From positions 1,983,479 to 2,047,478 of the forward strand of contig OZ223300.1 of NCBI GenBank assembly GCA_965140705.1: a stretch of 64,000 nt of DNA, given 5' to 3'. The DNA is from an uncultured Arcobacter sp. (GTDB taxonomy: Bacteria; Campylobacterota; Campylobacteria; Campylobacterales; Arcobacteraceae). Positions 53,734-62,894 of the stretch are shown one piece after another. Positions within the stretch are counted from its first letter, which is position 1. Each line of letters starts with the position of its first letter. The notes beneath the pieces are model-generated. The model had not been told where the DNA came from. It saw only the letters and a program-made list of their open reading frames with translations, and searched no databases. The translations under genes were made by a program, and so were the position numbers.

Positions 53734-54291
53734 ATGAGTAAAATATTGATGAGATTTACAGGTGTTGGTGGTCAAGGAGTTTTACTAGCAGGAGCAATCT
53801 TCGCAGCTGCAAAAATCAATGCAGGTGGATATGGACTAAAAACTGCCACATATACCTCTCAAGTAAGAGGAGGAGCAACTGTTGTTGATATAACACTAGA
53901 TGACAAAGAAATCCTATACCCATATGCAAATGATGGAGAGATAGACTTCATGTTATCAGTTGCCCAAGTTTCATACGACCAATTTAAAAATGGCGTAAAA
54001 GATGGTGGAGTAATAGTAATAGAACCAAACCTAGTAAAACCAACAGAAGAAGATAAAAAAAGATGGAAAATCTACGAAATTCCAATCATCACAATAGCAA
54101 AAGAAGAAGTAGGAAATGTAATCACCCAATCAGTCCTAGCCCTAGCAATTGCTAACTTCATGACAGGACAAAGTATAGATAACAAAATCTTAAGAGAAAC
54201 AATGCTCTCAAAAGTACCAGCAAAAGTACACGAAATAAACAACAAAGCCTTTGATTTAGGCTTGGAGTATGCTAGACAAGTATCTAGTTAA
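53734..54291 (+). CDS. oorC: 2-oxoglutarate:acceptor oxidoreductase gamma subunit
   Basis: GVGGQG, YTSQVRGG. Confidence 0.94.
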   Translation: MSKILMRFTGVGGQGVLLAGAIFAAAKINAGGYGLKTATYTSQVRGGATVVDITLDDKEILYPYANDGEIDFMLSVAQVSYDQFKNGVKDGGVIVIEPNLVKPTEEDKKRWKIYEIPIITIAKEEVGNVITQSVLALAIANFMTGQSIDNKILRETMLSKVPAKVHEINNKAFDLGLEYARQVSS

Positions 54292-54301
54292 ATAATTTTA
54301 A

Positions 54302-54329
54302 GTATGTTAGATACTCTTATCTAACATAC
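54302..54329 (+). terminator. Hairpin after oor operon
   Basis: GTATGTTAGATA-ctct-TATCTAACATAC. Confidence 0.7.
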
Positions 54330-54360
54330 CAATTCAAGCATAGGCATATTTTTATATCAA

Positions 54361-54474
54361 TTATAATTGCTTACCTTTTTTATAAAATTCTTTTATTTGG
54401 GTCGCATAACCTAATTCATTAGCTAAAATAAATTGTAATACTTGTTCTCTACATTTACTTCCAAATATTGCTTC
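54361..54474 (-). pseudogene. Remnant of a winged-helix regulator N-terminus
   Basis: Reads EAIFGSKCREQVLQFILANELGYATQIKEFYKKGKQL*; no start codon; family call from pattern recall. Confidence 0.5.
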
Positions 54475-54581
54475 TTAATTATATAATAGTTTATATGACA
54501 TATGTTCTATGTTAATAAATTTATTTTGTCAATACAAAATAAAATCTATTTATTTTTAATTAAGTATCCTGTCCCCTGAAT

Positions 54582-54662
54582 TTAAAAAGTACTTTTTACA
54601 CCATTTGTATCTCCTTTTAGATTCTCTATATCTAAAAAAACTTTCTTAGTTGAATTAGACAT
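54582..54662 (-). pseudogene. 26-aa probable truncated gene start
   Basis: AAGGA RBS then MSNSTKKVFLDIENLKGDTNGVKSTF*, overlapping the upstream stop. Confidence 0.4.
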
Positions 54663-55452
54663 TACACTTTCCTTTTAGGCATGATGAAAATTTGTTTATT
54701 AATTGTTTAAAAACATCAAAGGGCAATAAAATAGAGGTAAAAAAACCTATTATAAAAATAAAATAAATACCAAATGATATTGGGAATTTATATAATCCTA
54801 ACTTCATATAATATCCTTGATGATAGCTATTAAAAGTATGAAATATAAAAATTGATAGAAAACACCCTATCCCTAAAGCTATAAGATTTCTTTTTATAGT
54901 ATTATCTATCAAACCAAAATAAATTGTTCTTTGAGGATATTTAAAAATATAAAAACTAATAATAATTATCATAAAGCAACTAAAAACCAAAATCCAAGAA
55001 AAACATACTTTAAAGGATAAAGGATTGAAAGTATATTTTTCAAAGTTATGATAAAATACTTTAAAATATGGTTCTATATAGGGATATAAAGAACTGATAA
55101 ATTCATCTTTGTAAAGCCCTGTTAGAGTAAAGATAAAGCCAAATAAAATTGATATAAAAAAACCATAATAAAAAAGTCTAGCTTCAAACCTAAAAGCATC
55201 TAAGCTTTTATATTTATTTTTATCAATCATTTTTTGTAACTCGGGGTCTTTTAACTTTTTATCTACATAGTATTTATGAGTTAAACTTTTTTTATACTCT
55301 TCTATCTCTTTTCTTCTCTCAATTCTTTCAGTTCGAGTTTTATATCTATATTTATGCGCTCTTTTTATTAAATACTTCGATGCAATTATTTTTTGCTCTA
55401 TTTTTATAACAATAGCTACCATTAAAATAAAAAATAATATAAGATAAATCAA
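54655..55452 (-). CDS. Hypothetical multi-TM membrane protein
   Basis: 265-aa ORF, ~5 hydrophobic segments, very AT-rich. Confidence 0.7.
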   Translation of the reverse strand: MIYLILFFILMVAIVIKIEQKIIASKYLIKRAHKYRYKTRTERIERRKEIEEYKKSLTHKYYVDKKLKDPELQKMIDKNKYKSLDAFRFEARLFYYGFFISILFGFIFTLTGLYKDEFISSLYPYIEPYFKVFYHNFEKYTFNPLSFKVCFSWILVFSCFMIIIISFYIFKYPQRTIYFGLIDNTIKRNLIALGIGCFLSIFIFHTFNSYHQGYYMKLGLYKFPISFGIYFIFIIGFFTSILLPFDVFKQLINKFSSCLKGKCNV

Positions 55453-55563
55453 TTAACATTCCTATCATTTATATATAATTATTATATATAAATTATCTTA
55501 ATTATCATTTTATATTTAAATAAATAATAAAATTTATTTATTTAAAATTTATCATAATTTTCC

Positions 55564-55687
55564 ATAAAACTCATATTTTATTCAAGTTCAAGGCAGACAA
55601 AAGTTTTTTTAAAGGAGTTTACTAAAGTAAATGACTGCAAAAAAATTTGCAGTCGAACGCAGAAATTGTATAAAAGATGAGTTTTAT
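55564..55687. mobile_element. ERIC-like MITE (124 bp)
   Basis: TIR ATAAAACTCAT/ATGAGTTTTAT; core CAAGGC...GGAGTTTACTAAAGTAAATGACTG...AACGCAG. Confidence 0.7.
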
Positions 55688-55690
55688 CTT

Positions 55691-56236
55691 TTATTTTATA
55701 TAGGTTCGGTAGATATTAATCTTATCTTCCAACCTCTTTGATAAAAACGGATTCGCATTTTTCAAACAGCTAAGTATAAACTTTGATTCTTGAAAATAGT
55801 TATATACTTTTTCATTATCCCAAGATTCTGGTGGTTTTTGTAAGTTTGTGATTCTATCTGCTAGTTTTACACATTGTACTGCATAGCTTTGGGTTAGTAG
55901 TCTATTTATATTTTCAGCCATTTGTTGTTTTTTAGACTCTATTGATGGGTCTTTTGTCAAGGCTTCAACGCCACTTGCAATTTCATCTCCAAACTCTTCT
56001 ATTAGTTCACTAATAGTTGCATCTGTATCTTCTAATACATCATGTAATAGAGCAACTTGTATTGCAAAGTCTGCATCTTCTAGTTTTACATCACCTTGTT
56101 CACAGGCATGCATCATCTCCATTGCAACTGATGCTAGATGGGTAATATAAGGTAAGCCTTTGGGAGTTTTTTGTTCTCCATGTACCTTTGCAGCATAGTT
56201 TAGTGCTTTTAGGTATTTCTCTTGTGAAAACATCAA
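55691..56236 (-). CDS. Stand-alone HD domain protein, RelA/SpoT hydrolase-like
   Basis: H.EQ...PYITH, LLHDVLEDT, VKLADRITN. Confidence 0.85.
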   Translation of the reverse strand: MMFSQEKYLKALNYAAKVHGEQKTPKGLPYITHLASVAMEMMHACEQGDVKLEDADFAIQVALLHDVLEDTDATISELIEEFGDEIASGVEALTKDPSIESKKQQMAENINRLLTQSYAVQCVKLADRITNLQKPPESWDNEKVYNYFQESKFILSCLKNANPFLSKRLEDKINIYRTYIK

Positions 56237-57081
56237 TCTTCCTTTTCTGTTTTATTTTCTCTATTTTGTTTATTTTGTTTTGCTTGGTTGTTTTTACTAT
56301 TTATTATATTATCAGATTTTGAAAAAGCTATCAAATCTTCAGCTGTTAAAATTTTCTCTGGCAATTTTGAAAGGGATTCTTTTAAAATATAAGTTGTACT
56401 TAGGGCATCACTATAGGCTCTGTGTTGAGTATCTATATCTATATGTAATAAATCTTTTAAAAAGTCTAAACCATATCTTTGAGCTTCAATTGTTCTTTTT
56501 GATAAATCAATAGTACAAAGTTTTCTATTATGTAGTTCACCTAAGTTATATTTTTTAAATGATTCTGAAATAAATCTATAATCAAATTTTATATCATGGG
56601 CAACAAAAACATCATCTTCTAAAAATATCTTAAACTCTTCAAGTACAGTTTTTAATACCGGTGCATCTTTTAACATACTAGGAGTTATATTTGTCACTTC
56701 TTGGATATAAGGAGGCACATCTTTTGCATAAACTAGGGATTCATAACTATCTATTATTTCTCCATTTTTAAGTTTAACTGCCCCTATTTCTATCACTTGA
56801 CCTTTGTTTACATTGCTTCCATTTGTCTCAATGTCTACGATACAAAAAACTTGGTCTTTTATTTGATTTTCTTTTGTTTTTAAAAATACTTTATCATCAA
56901 TAATGTCTAAGGGAAAGCCATTTGAGAGAAGAAGTTCTAACTCTAAAGAAGCATCAGCAAAAAAGGTATTTTTCATAGACTCAATTAACTTTAATAACTC
57001 ATCTAAACTATTTAGCCCTTTTTTAATCTTTGATACGATGATATCACTATTTGAAGGTAGAGTTTGTTTTTTAGATTTCAT
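56233..57081 (-). CDS. DEDDh 3'-5' exonuclease (DnaQ family)
   Basis: VDIETNG, VAHDIKFD, HRAYSDA. Confidence 0.9.
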   Translation of the reverse strand: MKSKKQTLPSNSDIIVSKIKKGLNSLDELLKLIESMKNTFFADASLELELLLSNGFPLDIIDDKVFLKTKENQIKDQVFCIVDIETNGSNVNKGQVIEIGAVKLKNGEIIDSYESLVYAKDVPPYIQEVTNITPSMLKDAPVLKTVLEEFKIFLEDDVFVAHDIKFDYRFISESFKKYNLGELHNRKLCTIDLSKRTIEAQRYGLDFLKDLLHIDIDTQHRAYSDALSTTYILKESLSKLPEKILTAEDLIAFSKSDNIINSKNNQAKQNKQNRENKTEKED

Positions 57082-57661
57082 GGGCTGCTTTTACAAAGTC
57101 AATCATTTTTTGATTATCTTTTTTACCTTTGCTTTGTTCAACTCCACTACTTACATCTACACCATAAAAGCCAAAGCCTTTTAGCTCTTTTAGATTTTCA
57201 GCCTTTAATCCACCTGCTAGTATTATTTTAGAACAATCAAGTCCTTTAAACCAATCAATAACTATTCTTTTACCCTCACCTCCAAAACCTGGAACGAAAG
57301 CATCTACTAATTTAAAACTATCTTCTAAGTTTTCTAAATCTTCTTTTGATTCTATTCTTTCTACTTTTATATATTTTACTTCAAGATTATCAAACTCTGT
57401 TGTATCTTCATCATCTATGATTTGTGCCAATTGCATATGTGCAACTTTACAGATGTCATTTATATGTTTTGATGATTCATTTACAAAAAGTCCTACTGTT
57501 TGTACAAAAGGAGGAAGTTGTTCAACTATTTTTTTAGCATCAATTGGTCTTATGTATCTAGGACTTGGTTCATAAAATACAAATCCTAAAGCATCTGCCC
57601 CTGCATTTATAGCATCAAGAGCATCTTCTAGATTTGTTATACCACAGATTTTTACTTTCAT
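57071..57661 (-). CDS. trpF: Phosphoribosylanthranilate isomerase
   Basis: VKICGIT, LAGGL, VDVSSGVE. Confidence 0.96.
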   Translation of the reverse strand: MKVKICGITNLEDALDAINAGADALGFVFYEPSPRYIRPIDAKKIVEQLPPFVQTVGLFVNESSKHINDICKVAHMQLAQIIDDEDTTEFDNLEVKYIKVERIESKEDLENLEDSFKLVDAFVPGFGGEGKRIVIDWFKGLDCSKIILAGGLKAENLKELKGFGFYGVDVSSGVEQSKGKKDNQKMIDFVKAAHEI

Positions 57662-57662
57662 C

Positions 57663-58304
57663 TTATACCTGAAGAGATTTTATAGCTTTTGAATAATCAT
57701 CTTGTGAGAATACATAAGATCCAGCAACAACAACATCAACACCAGCATCTTTTAACTCATGGATATTTTTATCATTTACTCCACCATCTACTTCAATAAG
57801 ACAGTTTGGATTTCTTTTATTTATAAGTTCTTTTAATTTTTTAGCTTTTTCTACAACACTTGTAATAAACTTTTGTCCACCAAATCCAGGATTAACAGAC
57901 ATCAATAAAACCATATCTAAATCTTCTAACAAATACTCTATTGACTCAGGAGTTGAGTGTGGATTTAGTACGATTGCTGGTTTTATTCCATAATCTCTTA
58001 TTTTTTGAATAAGTCTGTGTGGGTGTTTTTCACTTTCTATATGAAATGAGATATATTCAGGTTTAAGAGGAGCAAATAAGTCCACAAAAAATGTATTGTT
58101 TTCTACCATTAAGTGTACATCTAAGGGCTTCGTAGCAATTTTTGCCACAGGATTTACAACAACAGGTCCTAAAGTCATATTAGGCACAAAGTGACCATCC
58201 ATAACATCCACATGGATTAAATCACAGCCACCATCACAGATTGCAGTAATTTCTTCATTTAATTTACCAAAATCAGCTGATAGTATCGAAGGAGCAACTA
58301 ACAT
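57663..58304 (-). CDS. rpe: Ribulose-phosphate 3-epimerase
   Basis: APSILSADF, HVDVMDGHFVPN, MSVNPGFGGQ. Confidence 0.97.
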   Translation of the reverse strand: MLVAPSILSADFGKLNEEITAICDGGCDLIHVDVMDGHFVPNMTLGPVVVNPVAKIATKPLDVHLMVENNTFFVDLFAPLKPEYISFHIESEKHPHRLIQKIRDYGIKPAIVLNPHSTPESIEYLLEDLDMVLLMSVNPGFGGQKFITSVVEKAKKLKELINKRNPNCLIEVDGGVNDKNIHELKDAGVDVVVAGSYVFSQDDYSKAIKSLQV

Positions 58305-58402
58305 AAAATACCTTTTTCTTTAATTGTGGCGATTATATCATTTTATAGTTTTATTTTACTTTTTATGATAATATTCATTCAAATAAATTAAGGTATTTAT
58401 AA

Positions 58403-59413
58403 ATGAAAAAATTGATACTACTTGTGTTTTTGATAACATCTATTTTTGCAAATGAAAAAAATGATGACTTATACGCAAAAGCTAAAAAGTTTGAAAATGA
58501 ACATAACTATAAAGAAGCAATGCTTATATATAAACAAATAGCACAACAAAATACAAAAGAAGTAAAGATATTAGATAAAGATGGAGCAAATGAAGCAACA
58601 CTATTTGTGGATAAAGAGAAACTAGAAGAAGTAAAAGCGACTAAAAAAGTATTAGACCCAATTGAAGATAAAGAGACAAGAAATACATTATCACAAATGT
58701 TGGCCTCTTCTTTTGATCTTTATCCTTATGAAGAAAACTATTTTTTACCATTTTCTTATGCTTCAAAATCAAATAATGATAGAAAACATGTGGAAACTGT
58801 ATTTCAATTAAGTGTTAAAAAACCTATTTCTTATAATTTTTTTGGTTTAAAAGAGAGCATAAATTTTGGGTATACCCAAACTTCATGGTGGCAATTATAT
58901 TCTGAATCTTCTCCTTTTAGGGAGACAAATTATAGACCTGAAGTATTTGTGATGATTCCTTATGGTAAAAAAGACAAAACATATTTAAAATCACTTAAAT
59001 TTGGTCTTTTACATGAATCAAATGGACAAGGTGGTTCCACATCAAGATCATGGAATAGAATTTATGCCCAAAGTTATTTCCAATTTTCAAGCTTGTTTTT
59101 TAGTCCAAGGGTTTGGTATAGAATCCCAGATGATGCAAATGATGATAATCCAGATATAGAAGATTTTCTTGGATATGGTGATTTGACTTTTTATTTACCA
59201 TATAAAACACAAACATTTAAACTCCTACTTAGAAATAATCTTAAATTTGATGATTCAAATAAAGGTTTTGCACAATTCAATTGGACTTTCCCACTATTTG
59301 GTTCAAAAAATACCTTTGGATTTGTTCAGTTATCTAGCGGTTATGGAGATAGTTTAATTGATTATAACCACGAAATAAATCGAATAAGTTTTGGAATTAG
59401 CCTTTCAAGATAA
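58403..59413 (+). CDS. pldA: Outer membrane phospholipase A
   Basis: PFRETNYRPE, HESNG, SRSWNR, GYGDSLIDYN. Confidence 0.95.
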   Translation: MKKLILLVFLITSIFANEKNDDLYAKAKKFENEHNYKEAMLIYKQIAQQNTKEVKILDKDGANEATLFVDKEKLEEVKATKKVLDPIEDKETRNTLSQMLASSFDLYPYEENYFLPFSYASKSNNDRKHVETVFQLSVKKPISYNFFGLKESINFGYTQTSWWQLYSESSPFRETNYRPEVFVMIPYGKKDKTYLKSLKFGLLHESNGQGGSTSRSWNRIYAQSYFQFSSLFFSPRVWYRIPDDANDDNPDIEDFLGYGDLTFYLPYKTQTFKLLLRNNLKFDDSNKGFAQFNWTFPLFGSKNTFGFVQLSSGYGDSLIDYNHEINRISFGISLSR

Positions 59414-59447
59414 AACTTACACTTAACTAACACTTTCTTCATATACT
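59414..59447 (+). promoter_or_regulatory. Promoter with tandem 11-bp response-regulator-type repeat
   Basis: AACTTACACTT AACTAACACTT, 6 bp, TATACT. Confidence 0.7.
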
Positions 59448-59475
59448 TTCACATCTTTAAAAAAAGGAGTGAAAT

Positions 59476-59712
59476 ATGAAGTTAGGTAAACAAATAGCAA
59501 TTTTTGCAATATTAGGGGCAACGGGATTATTCGCTGCTGGAATTAATGATGTAAATGTATTAGTAGATAAAATCAATACAGCTACTAGTTTAAATGAAAG
59601 AAATCAACTATTGAAGAAACTTGATGCAAAGCTTTCATCAATGGGACAAGAAGACCTTATTACTGCTCAGCAAATTATTAATACTAAACTAAAAATATCT
59701 AAAGTTCTTTAA
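59476..59712 (+). CDS. Small secreted helical protein, paralog A
   Basis: AAGGAG RBS, signal peptide ending GLFA; clear paralog of 62358-62600. Confidence 0.85.
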   Translation: MKLGKQIAIFAILGATGLFAAGINDVNVLVDKINTATSLNERNQLLKKLDAKLSSMGQEDLITAQQIINTKLKISKVL

Positions 59713-59715
59713 GTA

Positions 59716-59753
59716 GTAAAAATCATCTTTGGATTTTCAAAGATGATTTTTAC
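59716..59753. terminator. Bidirectional terminator
   Basis: GTAAAAATCATCTTTG-gatttt-CAAAGATGATTTTTAC. Confidence 0.8.
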
Positions 59754-59758
59754 TCAAC

Positions 59759-60793
59759 CTATTTAAAAGTAAGCTCTATTTTTGTACCCTTATCAATCAC
59801 ACTAGTTATATTTATATTTATATTCAAAATATCACAAAGCTGTTTTACAATACTCATACCAATACCAAGACCTGTCTCATTCTCTTTATAATATCTTTGA
59901 AATACTTTTTTAACATCTTTTATGCCTATTCCTGTATCTTCTATTATAAGTTTTTGATTTACTGTACTTATATTTACTTCTCCATTTTTTTTATTATATT
60001 TACAAGCATTGGTTAATAAATTATCAATAATACGATCAAGGGCATTTTTATTGCTTTTTATTATTAGATTTTCCATATTTTTATTAAATTTAATTTTGGG
60101 ATATAACTTATGTAAAATCTCAATTTTAGCATTTACAAGCTCTTCTAATGAAACATCTTCACTTTTTGCCATTTCATTTGGAGTTATTAGTTCTAGATTT
60201 TTATACAAAGAAGAGATACTTTTAGCACTAAGTTCTATTCTATCTATCTCTTCAAAATCCCCTCTTCTTCTTAGTAATTTTGAGTTTAACAAAATAGAAG
60301 TTGCAGGAGTATTTAAATCATGGATTAAATCTTTCAAAAAATCTTCCAAAAGTCTCAAAGCTTCTTTCATGGGTTTAAGTGAATACATGGCAAAACCAAC
60401 AGATAAAAATAGAAGAAAGAAAGAGACTACAACTGAAAATTTGAAAATCTTGATTAAAAACTCTTGATATACTTTTTCATACTTTTTTTTGTCATAAATT
60501 ACTTTTAAAAGATATGGTCCAGTTGTTGGGATTTGAAAATAGGCACAAAGTCCCTCTTCACAATGATATATTTTAAAAAGTTTTTTTTGTTTATCATCTT
60601 GGACAATATCTAATGAAAATTCATCACCTTTGAAATCAAAGGTATAATCTTTCATTTTGTATAAAATGTTTTGTTCGATATCTTTTATTTTATCCACTTG
60701 ATACATATACAAAACAATACTAGCAAGTATTAATAGAGGTATGAAAAAAAGTGCAATCGTAGTAACAAGTGATTTTTTCTCATAATTTTTCAA
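59759..60793 (-). CDS. Sensor histidine kinase
   Basis: Two TM, HDLNTP, DNLLTNACKYN, DTGIG, GLGIG. Confidence 0.92.
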   Translation of the reverse strand: MKNYEKKSLVTTIALFFIPLLILASIVLYMYQVDKIKDIEQNILYKMKDYTFDFKGDEFSLDIVQDDKQKKLFKIYHCEEGLCAYFQIPTTGPYLLKVIYDKKKYEKVYQEFLIKIFKFSVVVSFFLLFLSVGFAMYSLKPMKEALRLLEDFLKDLIHDLNTPATSILLNSKLLRRRGDFEEIDRIELSAKSISSLYKNLELITPNEMAKSEDVSLEELVNAKIEILHKLYPKIKFNKNMENLIIKSNKNALDRIIDNLLTNACKYNKKNGEVNISTVNQKLIIEDTGIGIKDVKKVFQRYYKENETGLGIGMSIVKQLCDILNININITSVIDKGTKIELTFK

Positions 60794-61424
60794 GTCGATA
60801 TCCTATACCTTTGATATTACTTATTTCTAAATCCAAAACCTTTTTTAACTTACTAATCAAAACCCGAAGCCCTGGCTCACTTGGTCTATTCATGCAATCA
60901 AAAAATGATGATTTATCAACAGTCATACCAATATTTCGTATAAGTAAAGAAAAAATATCTTTTTCTACACTTCCAAGTGTTACTTCTGTATTATCTTTTA
61001 AAACCCTACTTTCAAGTAAATCAAAAGTAATATCTTTGTATTGAACAACAGGATTCTTTCGCTTTAAAGTGGCTTGAATACGAGCTAAAAGTTCATCTAA
61101 ATCAAAGGGCTTTTTAATATAATCATCACAACCATAATCAAAGCCTTGCAAAGTTGATTTGATATCAATCTTTGCAGTGATAAAAAAAGTAGGAGTAGAG
61201 TCTTGGGCTTCCCTTAAAAGTCTTAATGTCTCCATTCCATCAAGCAAAGGAACATTTACATCAAATAAATAAAGATCATACTTATTATCATAGGTATATT
61301 CTAAAACCTCTTCACCATCACTCACTAAGGTTACATCATAGTTTTCTTGCTCTAAAATTTGCACCATAGTTTGTGCTAGAATTTCATCATCTTCAAGAAG
61401 TAAGATTTTTAGTTTTTTACTCAT
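60780..61424 (-). CDS. OmpR-family response regulator
   Basis: LLEDD, FDVNVP, KKPF, KGIGY. Confidence 0.93.
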   Translation of the reverse strand: MSKKLKILLLEDDEILAQTMVQILEQENYDVTLVSDGEEVLEYTYDNKYDLYLFDVNVPLLDGMETLRLLREAQDSTPTFFITAKIDIKSTLQGFDYGCDDYIKKPFDLDELLARIQATLKRKNPVVQYKDITFDLLESRVLKDNTEVTLGSVEKDIFSLLIRNIGMTVDKSSFFDCMNRPSEPGLRVLISKLKKVLDLEISNIKGIGYRLEKL

Positions 61425-61678
61425 TTTTCAATTGCTTTTTCATCAAAAAATTTACTGGGCATCTTTTTCTTTGCTTTAATAATTGCATCAGATTCTTCCC
61501 TTGCTTTTTTGTTTTTATCTGCTAACTCTTTTTTTAGTTTTTCTATTAATTCTTTTTTTTCTTGGGGATTTGAAGCTTGATTGACTTTTTCAAGTAACCT
61601 GTCCACTTCTTTTGTTTGAGCAAATAAATTTGTTGTTAAAAATAAAAAAAGAATAATCATAAATTTAAAAAAAATCAT
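61421..61678 (-). CDS. Small secreted helical protein, divergent member of the same family
   Basis: Signal peptide ending LFA; VDRLLEKVNQA...EKKELIEKLKKEL; overlaps both neighbours. Confidence 0.75.
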   Translation of the reverse strand: MIFFKFMIILFLFLTTNLFAQTKEVDRLLEKVNQASNPQEKKELIEKLKKELADKNKKAREESDAIIKAKKKMPSKFFDEKAIEK

Positions 61679-62109
61679 TTTTTATCCTTTTTCTCTTCAA
61701 GTGTTTTTATTCTATTTTTTAATTTTACAAGTGGAGAGATAGAAAATTCACTCAAGTCGCAATTACCCTTTTTAGCTAATTCATAATTTAAATTATAAGA
61801 ATCGTTTGCTGTATTTATATTCTTTGCAAAAACTGTAGGAGAACTACTCTCTATTAAAAATAGTTGTGCTTTTGCTCCAACTATATCATCTTTTGAGAAA
61901 TATCCCTCTTCAAACTCTTTTTCAATATAAGTAGATGCATAATTTGCTATTTTTTTATATTTATTACAGTATTTACTATTAGTATTCTCTTTTATTTGTT
62001 TTTGCAAATTTTTATTATTTGGAAATACTTGATTTGTATTTTGAAAACTACATCCAATTAAAAATATTGAAAAAGCTATTATAAAAGGTATTTGTAATAG
62101 TTTATTCAT
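61675..62109 (-). CDS. Hypothetical lipoprotein
   Basis: Lipobox LIGC, two further Cys. Confidence 0.75.
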   Translation of the reverse strand: MNKLLQIPFIIAFSIFLIGCSFQNTNQVFPNNKNLQKQIKENTNSKYCNKYKKIANYASTYIEKEFEEGYFSKDDIVGAKAQLFLIESSSPTVFAKNINTANDSYNLNYELAKKGNCDLSEFSISPLVKLKNRIKTLEEKKDKK

Positions 62110-62292
62110 TTATATTTTTCCTTTTATTGTGAAACTCTATTTTTATTTAACTTAATATTATTTAGTCTTATTACTAAATTACATGAGAAACTATTTTTTA
62201 ATCATTATGGAATAAAACTATTCCTAAGGGTTAGAATTATAATCTAATACTCATTAAACATCAACATAAATAATTTAAATAAAAATTTATAG

Positions 62293-62326
62293 AACTAATA
62301 CATAACTTACACTTAATTTATATACT
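62293..62326 (+). promoter_or_regulatory. Promoter with tandem 11-bp repeat, second copy
   Basis: AACTAATACAT AACTTACACTT, 6 bp, TATACT. Confidence 0.7.
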
Positions 62327-62357
62327 TCCATACATTTAAAAAATAAGGAAAGACAAA

Positions 62358-62600
62358 ATGAAATTAAATAGAAAATTAGCGGTATTAGCGATATTAGGAA
62401 TGACTGGATTATTTGCAAATGGTGTTAGTAATGTAAATACATTAGTAAATAAAATCAACACTACAAAAGATGTAAAAGAAAGAGGTATATTATTAAAAGA
62501 ACTTGATAAAGAACTTTCAACTATGGACAAAAAAGAACTTCCTGCAGCTCAAGAAATTGTAAACAGTAAATTGAAACTTTCTAAAGTTATGGAAAAATAA
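62358..62600 (+). CDS. Small secreted helical protein, paralog B
   Basis: AAGGA RBS, signal peptide ending GLFA; paralog of 59476-59712. Confidence 0.85.
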   Translation: MKLNRKLAVLAILGMTGLFANGVSNVNTLVNKINTTKDVKERGILLKELDKELSTMDKKELPAAQEIVNSKLKLSKVMEK

Positions 62601-62894
62601 TGTTCGATTATTTTTATAAAACTTACATGACTATTAAAAATAGTTGGGTAAGTTATATCTTCTAAATCAACCAAAATAAATATCTTACTTCTATAAGCCA
62701 AAAAAGCGAAAACATCAACTCTGGTGTTTTTGCTTTATTTATTATCCTATTTCTTAAAATCAAAGAACAGTCACACCTATTTTTAAGCTTGTTTTTCAAG
62801 TCTTCTACTCTAAATATTGATAATATTCTATTAAATGTAAATAGTTTTATGATAGAATGATAAAATGTTAGAGTACATATAAAGGATATAAATC

